The notes under the pieces are model-generated. The model saw only the letters and a program-made list of their open reading frames with translations. It had not been told where the DNA came from and searched no databases. Of a stretch of DNA of 64,000 nucleotides, positions 1-8,000 are shown in pieces (position 1 is the stretch's first letter; each line of letters begins with the position of its first letter). Made by a program: the position numbers and the translations under genes. This DNA is from an uncultured virus (IMG/VR IMGVR_UViG_3300043029_000019) (lineage: Duplodnaviria > Heunggongvirae > Uroviricota > Caudoviricetes), in the IMG/VR virus record IMGVR_UViG_3300043029_000019, one strand, 5' to 3'.

Positions 1-85
1 TCGCCCCTCCAATATCGCCGGTCATTGCCAGCATATTGGTGACAGCATCGTTAAGCTGGTCAAACGTATAACTTAAAGTACCCAT
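1..85 (-). CDS. 5' end of a second copy of the DGR-target-like fibre gene (partial)
   Basis: MGTLSYTFDQLNDAVTNMLAMTGDIGGA, identical to the start of ORF 43524..44789. Confidence 0.9.
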   Translation of the reverse strand, partial: MGTLSYTFDQLNDAVTNMLAMTGDIGGA

Positions 86-127
86 TATGCTTCCCTTTTT
101 GTGTAGACAGGTTCGCCGTTTCCGTCA
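1..127 (+). repeat. Direct repeat, left copy (runs off the window edge)
   Basis: Identical to 44705-44831; diverges at base 128 versus 44832. Confidence 0.97.
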
Positions 128-228
128 AAAACGGGTTCTTGTTTCCCTGTTGTGTTGTTGAGAGCGTAGAGCCTCGTTCTGCGGCGGTTGCCACTACCAC
201 CGATGCCTAAGCCAAGACCAAGTTTCAT
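85..228 (-). CDS. 47-aa putative head-spike fibre/adaptor peptide
   Basis: Hand-translated MKLGLGLGIGG...DGNGEPVYTKREA; AGGAGG RBS; TAATG coupling to next gene; homolog at 44789..44935. Confidence 0.75.
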   Translation of the reverse strand: MKLGLGLGIGGSGNRRRTRLYALNNTTGKQEPVFDGNGEPVYTKREA

Positions 229-644
229 TTCGCCCTCCTTTTATCCACCGTCCGCGCCGCCGAATAACCGACATAGCCGACACCAAACAGCGTATAGAGC
301 GTGTCAGGGATAGCTTGCAGCCACGCTTTAAACCCTTCCGCGACACCTACCGCTATCGCCGGATAAAACGCGTGCAAAACGCCCATTGGGATACCGGCAA
401 GAATGCAGACATAAATAACGTACATAAATGACGGGCGGGCGCGGGAAGTCCACGGGTCTTTGCTGTTGGCCTCCGCGAGAATAGCGGACATGCGCGTTTC
501 CAGTTCTTTCAACTCGCCGTTTTGCTGCATCTTTACAAGTTCCGCCTTGGCCTTCATTTTTTCCACAGGGTCAGGTATAAACTTGTCGATCAGCTTACCG
601 CCGATATCTAAAACGCCATCGATAATCGGTATCATTGGTATCAT
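225..644 (-). CDS. Holin (3-TM, GTA-holin-like)
   Basis: GKLIDKFIPDP...AEANSKDPWTSRARPSFMY...GYVGYSAARTVDK pattern; GGAGG before ATG at 644. Confidence 0.8.
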   Translation of the reverse strand: MIPMIPIIDGVLDIGGKLIDKFIPDPVEKMKAKAELVKMQQNGELKELETRMSAILAEANSKDPWTSRARPSFMYVIYVCILAGIPMGVLHAFYPAIAVGVAEGFKAWLQAIPDTLYTLFGVGYVGYSAARTVDKRRAK

Positions 645-1156
645 TTGTCCGCTGTCCTCCGTAGTGTCGCCGATGGGTGCAGATAGACCGCGCCTTCCTC
701 GTCCGGGAATTCGGCCCACTGGCACCGCCCACTGTCGCTGTCAATGTTGTAAGGCTTGCTGCCGATATAAAACCCTGCGCCGTTGGAGCCCTTGAAACTG
801 ATAAACAGCCCCGGCAGCGGAACGAGACAGCGAAACACGTTGGCGTCCGGGTTGCTCCAGTCGTGCGCCCAAGGCTTTCCGGTCCAGACATACCGCCCAA
901 ACGACAAAGCCACGGTTAATCCCCAGGGGTAGGCAAACAGCCGCTCTTTGCCGCGTTTCTCGTCGTCGTCCGGCCACGGCTCAAACCGGAGCGCAACAAT
1001 CCACGCCCTGTGCATGGGGTTGAGTTTTGCAGCCATCTTGACGGTCCACTGCCACGCAAGCAGGGGATAGGAGACGCAAGCGGCAAGAACACGCATGCAC
1101 CACGTTTTAGTGTCTGCGTACCAACCGGCGAATAAGTTGTGTAATTTCGTCAGCAT
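641..1156 (-). CDS. Hypothetical phage protein, Trp-rich
   Basis: 171-aa ORF coupled (ATGA) to the holin. Confidence 0.6.
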   Translation of the reverse strand: MLTKLHNLFAGWYADTKTWCMRVLAACVSYPLLAWQWTVKMAAKLNPMHRAWIVALRFEPWPDDDEKRGKERLFAYPWGLTVALSFGRYVWTGKPWAHDWSNPDANVFRCLVPLPGLFISFKGSNGAGFYIGSKPYNIDSDSGRCQWAEFPDEEGAVYLHPSATLRRTADK

Positions 1157-1309
1157 ATTTTTACCTTTTCGTTGATTGCTAATCTACGGACCCGCTCTTG
1201 GTGCGCGTAACCTTTTGTTATGCCTAGGAAAGTTTGCTTGACTGTTGTTTGATACATTGTTGGCAGTGCGGCGTGTAGGCTTTGCCGCAACGCTTGCAAT
1301 CAGCCCAAG

Positions 1310-2263
1310 TCAATACATGGGTATCCATTCCGACCGTATCCTTTCTAGCCCGTTATCATTTGGGAACGCTTCGATAATCCAAAAGCCCACATGAGCCGCC
1401 AGCTTTTTACCGCGCATGAACTTGGTTTGTGAGCACCCCGTCCCGACCTCAAACGCCTGCACATTCCGGCAATCGAGTTGCACTGATTTGTGGGCGTGGC
1501 CGCTGAGTAAAATATGCGGTTTCTCGCCGCCAGATAGCCCCTCAATAAACTTTTGCAGCCGGTACGATAAAGCGTATGAAGCCCCGTCTCTGCCGTGCCA
1601 CAGCATGATTTTAAGGCCGTTAACGGTAATGGTCGCTTCGTCTTGTCCAAGGTGCGTGAAGTGCGGCACCATCTTTTCGATTTGCTTGCCGCTGATAAGG
1701 CCGATGTTGCCCTTCTCTTGGTACCAAGCGTCATGATTGCCGTCGATGGCCTTGACAGGGCATGGCGCTTGGTTGAGATAGGAGCAAGCGAGATCCACTT
1801 GTGCATCGAACCCAACAGCGTCAAGCTCGTAAATATGCCCCGGTCTGCCGCTCATGCCTTCCAGAATATCGCCAGCGTGAAGGATGCAAGACACGTTTTC
1901 CGATGCCGCCATGTCGCACAGCCTCCACCAGAAGTCAGGAGAGCTTTTGTTATGGCCCCAATGGGTGTCACCGCAGGCAATGAACTTGACGCTTTCGGTT
2001 CCCCACTCGTAATGCTTCGGCTGGCTCTTTTCCGGCTTCTTGAGGCTGCGAAGGATGACTTCGATTTCCGCATCCCGCAGATTGCTGACCTTTTCCAGCA
2101 AAGCTCCGCGCTTTACGTCGCCATTCCCGGCAAGCTCCCGGCGCTTTCGACGCAAAAAAAGGCGGGCTTTTTTCTCGCCCACCTTCGCTGCCTTCTTCAA
2201 TCTGTCGCGGCCTATAGTCGGGTCAGCACGGAAGGCCGCTTCCATGCGCTGTGTGTCTGTCAA
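1310..2263 (-). CDS. Calcineurin-like metallophosphoesterase
   Basis: Motifs GDTHWG, HAGDILEG, GNHD, LWHG, SGHAH. Confidence 0.9.
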   Translation of the reverse strand: MTDTQRMEAAFRADPTIGRDRLKKAAKVGEKKARLFLRRKRRELAGNGDVKRGALLEKVSNLRDAEIEVILRSLKKPEKSQPKHYEWGTESVKFIACGDTHWGHNKSSPDFWWRLCDMAASENVSCILHAGDILEGMSGRPGHIYELDAVGFDAQVDLACSYLNQAPCPVKAIDGNHDAWYQEKGNIGLISGKQIEKMVPHFTHLGQDEATITVNGLKIMLWHGRDGASYALSYRLQKFIEGLSGGEKPHILLSGHAHKSVQLDCRNVQAFEVGTGCSQTKFMRGKKLAAHVGFWIIEAFPNDNGLERIRSEWIPMY

Positions 2264-2429
2264 TTTCCCTCCGTGGGTGCGATTGCACCCTTATAGGGTA
2301 CGCGGTCTTTGAACTCTTCCTTCTTCGCCCTATTCCACTGAGCTACGGGGCGGTAAAAGCCGCAGACTCTGGACGCTAAGAATAGACCTCAGTTTTTGCA
2401 TCGCATTTTTTGTGGTCTACCATTGGCAT
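2260..2429 (-). pseudogene. Stand-alone NrdD C-terminal glycyl-radical-motif mini-gene, frameshifted by an 8-nt insertion
   Basis: MPMVDHKKCDAKTEVY + TCTTAGCG (2374-2381) + SRVCGFYRPVAQWNRAKKEEFKDR; AGGAGG RBS. Confidence 0.75.
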
Positions 2430-3057
2430 CGCCTCCTTTCAAATACCGCTCATATTTCTTGTAGCGGTCAAAGAGTTGTCGTTCACATTTCCCAAAAACC
2501 TTTTCTAGCTGCATGTATGTTGATTTTGTTCTGTTCTTGTATTCGTAAACTTCACGGCATTTCTCTAAATAATTGGTGTTTCTTGTTGCTTTCGCCTTGT
2601 CTAGAGTTTTGGCCCATTTTTTTGAATGGCTTCTTGACAATCCTTTGTTCCATGGGCCTGGGTGTCTACCCTTATCAGCCATGTCCTGCATGTTGTCTGA
2701 ATGAGTACCGAGAAATAAATGGTCTGGGTTAACACAATTTCTTACATCGCATTTGTGACAAACAAACATGCCATCTGATATCTCACCTTTAAACGCAATA
2801 TAAGAAAGTCGATGTGCGGAAATTCTTTTGTCTTTATGCGTGGTTGAACCATATCCATTTGGAGCGATTGCGCCTTGCCACAGCCAGCAACCATTTTCAT
2901 CAATAGTTATTTTGCTTTTTAGGCGCTCTTGTGTTTTCCCATAAATTATGGAAACCTTTTTAGGGTCGCCATATTTCTTAAATCTGTATAAATGTTTTGG
3001 ACAATACCCGTGGGCGTGCGCTTTCCTATCGCATCCGTCAACTTTGCAAATACTCAT
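2389..3057 (-). CDS. HNH homing endonuclease
   Basis: CWLWQG...GYG...AHRLSY...VCHKCDVRNCVNPDHLFLGTHSDNMQD; AT-rich relative to neighbours. Confidence 0.92.
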   Translation of the reverse strand: MSICKVDGCDRKAHAHGYCPKHLYRFKKYGDPKKVSIIYGKTQERLKSKITIDENGCWLWQGAIAPNGYGSTTHKDKRISAHRLSYIAFKGEISDGMFVCHKCDVRNCVNPDHLFLGTHSDNMQDMADKGRHPGPWNKGLSRSHSKKWAKTLDKAKATRNTNYLEKCREVYEYKNRTKSTYMQLEKVFGKCERQLFDRYKKYERYLKGGDANGRPQKMRCKN

Positions 3058-3085
3058 TGCGTACCCTTCGCGCCCGATATTTAAA

Positions 3086-3135
3086 AGCGGCGGGATGGTC
3101 GGGTTGCCATCTTTTCGGGGATCAGCCTAGCCGCT
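3086..3135 (-). promoter_or_regulatory. Structured RNA leader upstream of the HNH gene
   Basis: Outer stem AGCGGC/GCCGCT and inner stem GATGG/CCATC around TAGGCTGATCCCCGAAAA. Confidence 0.45.
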
Positions 3136-3142
3136 CCAAATG

Positions 3143-3164
3143 AAAAAGGCCGCTATCTGCGGCC
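3143..3164 (-). terminator. Rho-independent terminator
   Basis: GGCCGC-AGATA-GCGGCC followed by TTTTT. Confidence 0.65.
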
Positions 3165-3218
3165 CTATATGCTATTTATTCGGCTATATACCTCCGTTTT
3201 TGCATCACACTTTTCCAT
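3165..3218 (-). pseudogene. Original 5' fragment of the NrdD-like mini-gene, cut off by the HNH cassette
   Basis: MEKCDAKTEVYSR then INSI-stop; start overlaps the endolysin stop (TGATG). Confidence 0.7.
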
Positions 3219-3598
3219 CAGTACAGCCACGCCACTTGCTGGTCCTTGCCTTCGTCATAATCAACGTGGACAAAATCACGACCGACGCCAATGCGCGTAA
3301 AGCCTGCCGCGATAAGTGCCGCCAGAACCAGAAACCTGTGCCTGCTGCCGATGGTGGAAATGTCCGCAGCAAGGCCCTTAATATGTGATGATGTTGGCTT
3401 GGAACCGACTGCCGCATTGTGGCTTGGGCAGCGGTATCCGCTGGTGATTTTAAAGCGCACCCCGGCCATTTCTCGCGCCTCATCCAGTTTGTGCAGGAAA
3501 ACGCGGTCTACTTTCTCAACTCCGCAGCATCTGCACGAAAACTCGCCTGGTACGAAATGCTCAATCTCGTCCCACAGCCCTTTTTCAAACTTCGGCAT
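3218..3598 (-). CDS. Endolysin, peptidase M15 family
   Basis: EFSCRCCG, ITSGYRCPSHN, SSHIKGLAADI, FVHVD. Confidence 0.9.
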   Translation of the reverse strand: MPKFEKGLWDEIEHFVPGEFSCRCCGVEKVDRVFLHKLDEAREMAGVRFKITSGYRCPSHNAAVGSKPTSSHIKGLAADISTIGSRHRFLVLAALIAAGFTRIGVGRDFVHVDYDEGKDQQVAWLY

Positions 3599-3601
3599 GC
3601 G

Positions 3602-3829
3602 TTACCCTCCGATCTTGGACTTGAAACTCGCACCGACGATGAACAGAGCCAAAGCACCAAGCAGCACAAGAGCTATAAACCCGCGACGGATTGCGCTTGT
3701 TGACTCGCGGTAAATCTTGAGCAGAGTTCGGATGTCGTGGCGGTCATCTTCGGTAAATGTGCAGTCGTGGTTGATTTGTACCGCATCGGCAATAGCTTTA
3801 ATGTCTTCGTCGGTAAGAGTCCGTTTCAT
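3602..3829 (-). CDS. Small single-TM lysis-region protein
   Basis: 75 aa, C-terminal hydrophobic helix; homolog at 46110..46340. Confidence 0.7.
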   Translation of the reverse strand: MKRTLTDEDIKAIADAVQINHDCTFTEDDRHDIRTLLKIYRESTSAIRRGFIALVLLGALALFIVGASFKSKIGG

Positions 3830-3850
3830 TGGCCCACTAAAAAGCCCCGA

Positions 3851-3879
3851 TTGACACCGGGGCAGTTGTTGGTTAAATT
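3851..3879 (+). promoter_or_regulatory. Sigma70-type promoter, antisense to late genes
   Basis: TTGACA-N17-TAAATT. Confidence 0.5.
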
Positions 3880-3885
3880 TCGAAT

Positions 3886-3963
3886 ATGAACACGAGATAT
3901 GCGATATATTTTTATCTTTGCAGGATTTACGTTTTAACGTTCCTGTTTTTGGTGCTTTTATAG
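3886..3963 (+). CDS. Putative leaderless 25-aa hydrophobic peptide
   Basis: MNTRYAIYFYLCRIYVLTFLFLVLL; ATG lies 7 nt after the -10 box. Confidence 0.35.
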   Translation: MNTRYAIYFYLCRIYVLTFLFLVLL

Positions 3964-5067
3964 CTTGACCATTACATTCATGAATGCTGTCGGCTGCATG
4001 TTATTATGCGCCTGGTCTCCACCTGTGGCCTCTATGATGTCGTCATTCAATGCCTGCGAATTGTTGAGAGACGCATCCAAAAAGCTCCCGCTATTGTCAT
4101 CGAAGCCACCTTGGTCTTTAAGTGCATGCCCGTGGCTTGGCATCTCGTCAATAGTCAACTGGTGTGTTTCTTCCCCAACGATATCACCTAGCGACCTAGT
4201 AGTTAGCCCCGAACCAGACCCGACAATGGCTATTGCTCGCCCAACGATGGTCCCAACCTGGATAGGTTTATGCGCTGACCAGTCTGCGGATGCAGATGCC
4301 CCGCGTCCTCCAGCAACAGGGGCAACAGCGTCAGGTAGGTTGTTCCACAGCAGCGCATATAATAGTTCGCAGTCTGCGTTTGCTCTATTCGACGCGCCAG
4401 ACGAAGCATCCCCGATAGTCCCGTCATCTGCCATAATCCAGCCAGAATCCGGCGTTGTCTTAATCGTCAGCTTAGCATCGCCTGTCGTCCAATATTGACC
4501 AACTGGAAGTTTTTCAACAGTTACGGCTCTGTCAGCTATCTTTGGCGCTGTAACAGAGCCATTCTCAAGAATTGTGTGTTGTGGAGTCTCGTTTATAAGA
4601 GCACTGCCGTCTTCGTTCCAAGAGAGAACCTTCCCGGCTTCAGGTACCGGTATGGTTGTGTCAGCACCTGAAGTATCATAATCTGGCAGCTGGAAAGCGA
4701 CATCAAGACGCCGCTTGATTTGCTGCACCTGCATAACAATGCGGTCAAGCTCTTGTTCCAGCGTGTCCGGCCTGAACCCGTCGCCCTGGATTAAGTCAAG
4801 CCGTTGCGTGTAATCAACGTTCCGCACGACAATCAATTTCCCGTCGCTGTATGTTGCAACCGTAGTAAGCTCACCGCCACTTTCACTGCCCGCTCCCGTT
4901 AGGGTATAATCGGTTGTGAGCGTCAGAGGATATGAAATGTCACCGGCTGCATCTTCACGATAGACCGTCAAATCTGAGTCTTGGAGGAAATAAAAAGGGA
5001 CGGTATAAACCGTCCCCCCTGTGCAAACGAAAATTTGCTTGCTTGTCTCGTTGGATAGTGCCATCAC
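3958..5067 (-). CDS. Tail fibre / tail adaptor protein
   Basis: T7-gp17-like N-terminus (VPFYFLQDSDL...DYTLTGAG...LDRIVMQVQQ); collar-like C-terminus GEETHQLTIDEMPSHGH...AHNNMQP. Confidence 0.85.
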   Translation of the reverse strand: MMALSNETSKQIFVCTGGTVYTVPFYFLQDSDLTVYREDAAGDISYPLTLTTDYTLTGAGSESGGELTTVATYSDGKLIVVRNVDYTQRLDLIQGDGFRPDTLEQELDRIVMQVQQIKRRLDVAFQLPDYDTSGADTTIPVPEAGKVLSWNEDGSALINETPQHTILENGSVTAPKIADRAVTVEKLPVGQYWTTGDAKLTIKTTPDSGWIMADDGTIGDASSGASNRANADCELLYALLWNNLPDAVAPVAGGRGASASADWSAHKPIQVGTIVGRAIAIVGSGSGLTTRSLGDIVGEETHQLTIDEMPSHGHALKDQGGFDDNSGSFLDASLNNSQALNDDIIEATGGDQAHNNMQPTAFMNVMVKL

Positions 5068-8000
5068 TCACCCTTTCTTTTTGGCAAGAATATGTTTGCC
5101 GCCGTCCCGTTGCCTTCTTCTATCTGGTCATAACCTTTTTTCATGCGTCGGTATACTTGGGAGACGGGGACACCAGAAGCAAAGCTTGCGGCCTCCGCAA
5201 GCCCAAACATAACCTTTCTTGCATCGTCAGCGGTCGGGTCTGTAAGCAGATTGGCCGTGCTCCTCCCCGTTCGGCCAACAATGTTGACAAGCTCAAGTGC
5301 CGGGGTACTAACAATATCACCGTACCCGCGCCCCATGGCGTACTCAACCAAGTCGCGTACAATGGGAAGGCCCTGGACACTGCTTCCAATAACTTCTTTT
5401 GCAATCTCTTCAGGTTCTGGAGGTTCTCCAGTCCGCAACATGGCTAAAAAGATGATGGGTACAAGGGGTTGCGCCACCCCCGTTAAAAAGTTATGGAACA
5501 AAAACTCATGCAGAGACATTTTACCGGCGCGCCATGCACCCCAAGTAGCTCTTTGCAGATTACCAAAATTGCCAGCGAAGCCAAAAAATGGAGTAAACAG
5601 CCTTCCGATAGCCGACAACCCCTCGGTAGAGCGTTGCAGGTGCGACAAGTCCAGCGCATTGCCTGACGGCTGGATTTCTTTGATCTTCGTATCGGCATAA
5701 TCAACGGCTTGCTCCACGTCGCCGTCAAACTTGTCAAGCCCATCCCGATACGACCCAAGCCATGTTGGGAGGAAGGACACGGAGTCAGCCGCGACAATCC
5801 CAGCATAGCCAACAGCCATAATATCTCCACGGCTCATGCCGAAGAATTTCTTTTCCGGCTTGAACTTCATCATCTGACGCCGAAAATCGTTATCATATGC
5901 CATATACCGTGACCGCATATATGGCGACAATTTCATGATATTGTCAAAAGCTTCTTTCGGTCCTTTGATAAATTGTCCGTACCCGCGCAGCATGGTCGGG
6001 AGTCCTACCCTGGCCTGCGCCTGGAAAAACCCGCCAAAGTTTTTCATGGCGGTAACAATATTCCATCCCATATAAAATGCGGAACTGCGCTTCATAGCCC
6101 ATTGAATGGTTTTTTCCCAGCGTGTCCCGACCATGCCGTCAGGTCTTATCATGTGCTTCAGGCTTGGCCTAACCATCTTGTAAAGCTCCGGCCCTAATAC
6201 GCGGATGGCTTCGGCCTGGTAAGTCTTGTTCTGCGTTACGCGGTCAACGTCTCGCACGGTAGGAGCAAGGTGGATATATCTCAGCGTGTCGCTCAGATGC
6301 TCGCTAAGCACAGACATGGACAATTTTATCGGAAGCTTAGAACCTGTGGCGGTGCGTTGCTTAGTAAACCCGGACTTTGCCGATGGGGTCTGTAAAACCG
6401 CTTCCTGCCGGGATGATAGGTCGCTCATTTCGTCCCACATTCCAGCCAAAAGCGATAGGCTCCCATCGTACCGGATTGGGAAGTACCCGCCGCGAAGCTC
6501 CACCGCCACTCCGTCTTTTGTTTGCACGGTGATTGGCTTAGCGTCAACCTTCTTGAGCCGGAAGTGGTTAAGCTTTAAGTGTACCTTGTCAACCTGCGGG
6601 TAAAGGTCGTTGATGCTGTCCCAAATGCCCTGTACGGCAGCCCAGTCCTTTTCTGAAAGAATGCTGGTTAGTTCCGCGAACTGCTCAACGGTCATTGGCG
6701 TACCGTCCACCGTGAAGCCTGCGGAAAGCCGTTGCAGGTTGTCGGCGTTGCCCATGTTAAGGGCGACCATAATAATGTGCTCGAAAGTCCAATGCCTGTT
6801 GTCCGGCTTGAAGCAGTCCGGCACCGGAACGGTCGTGTCAACCTCCTTTCCGTGTTCCTTCCATGACGTAATCAGTTGTTCGAGGTGCGGGGTTATCTTG
6901 CCGCCCATCTCTTCGGTAGCCGCGTAGAAATTATCCAGCCCCTTGGCGAGGGGGGTCCAAAGTTTGCGCTCGTTGACACCGGCCTTGCCCTTCTTACTGA
7001 TATTGGCCCACCCGTCCATCTGCCGGAACAGCCACAGGGGGATGCGCAGACCGGCAAAATACGACTCTTTCACGTCCTGCAACTTGCGCCGCAGGCTGTC
7101 GTGCTTCGCCAGCTTCTTGCCCTTCATCTTGGCTGCTTCCTGTACGGCTTCGGCTGCAAGGTCGGCAATGGCTGTTTTCTCGTCTGAGAGTAGAGCTTTT
7201 TTGACTTCGCGACCACGCCCGACGAGGAATTTCAACAGGTCGTCCAGTTCCTGGATTTCGCCCCATGTCATTTCCGATGTGGCGCGAGTGTCGTTGTGCA
7301 GCCAATCGGAGAATACCGGAACACCCAGGGCGGTTATGTCGTCAAGATTGCCTGTTATACCGCTTAAAAACTCGCCAAGCTGTGGCGTGCCTTCGTCAAC
7401 ATTGAGCCTACGTGACACCATCTGGTTGCGGAGTAAAAGCTGGTTGATCTGCTGCCGGTATTCGTAAGCAACATCGGCCTTTACCGCACGTTTCCACCGT
7501 GCTTGCGTCTTGCGATAGGCTTCGTTCGCCCGATAGTGGGCAGCGATAAGAGATTCGTTAAGCCGCGCCTTTTCATTCAAGTCGAACGCCTTGGTCCAAT
7601 CCTGCGCCTTGACGGCCTTAATGACCTGCTGACGCAACCGACGCGAAGCCACCAACAACTTATTGACCTTGATGGCATCGCCTACCTTCTGCCCGCCTGT
7701 GGTCTGGTCTGCCCATACGCGCAAGGCTTTACGGGTCAACGCTGCCCGTCCTTGTGCTTCTTTGCGCGCCAACCATTTGCTTTCAAGCTCCATCTGCTTA
7801 CGGGCTTTTGCGGTCCTTATCGCTTCTTCCGTGGTCAGTTCCGCGTCGTGCTCGATGTCTAATTGAGCGACGCGCTGTTCTATCCACTGCGTTTTCGTCT
7901 TAGACTTGGATAACTCCTTGACGAATTCCCGCGCTGACTCGTAACCGGCTTCGATAGCTGCGTGCTCGATGTCGAGGCCGTCTTTTTTAAACAGCCCCTT

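Noticed and set aside
85..105. Programmed -1 frameshift fusing the adaptor to the target (A AAA AGG)
   Set aside because: Not a proper slippery heptamer. The purine run serves as SD and TAATG coupling is sufficient.
627..644. Holin dual-start motif MIPMIP
   Set aside because: No charged residue between the starts; it may just be a 9-bp duplication.
1178..1223. Possible solitary attC (TAAC/GTTAT-like ends)
   Set aside because: L boxes and spacers do not pair properly and there is no matching cassette boundary.
2374..3185. Group I intron: removing this span (after T, ending in G) would join EVY to SRVCG in frame
   Set aside because: No room for or sign of a P3-P9 catalytic core and no U-G pair in a P1 helix. 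The duplicated N-terminus explains the layout better.
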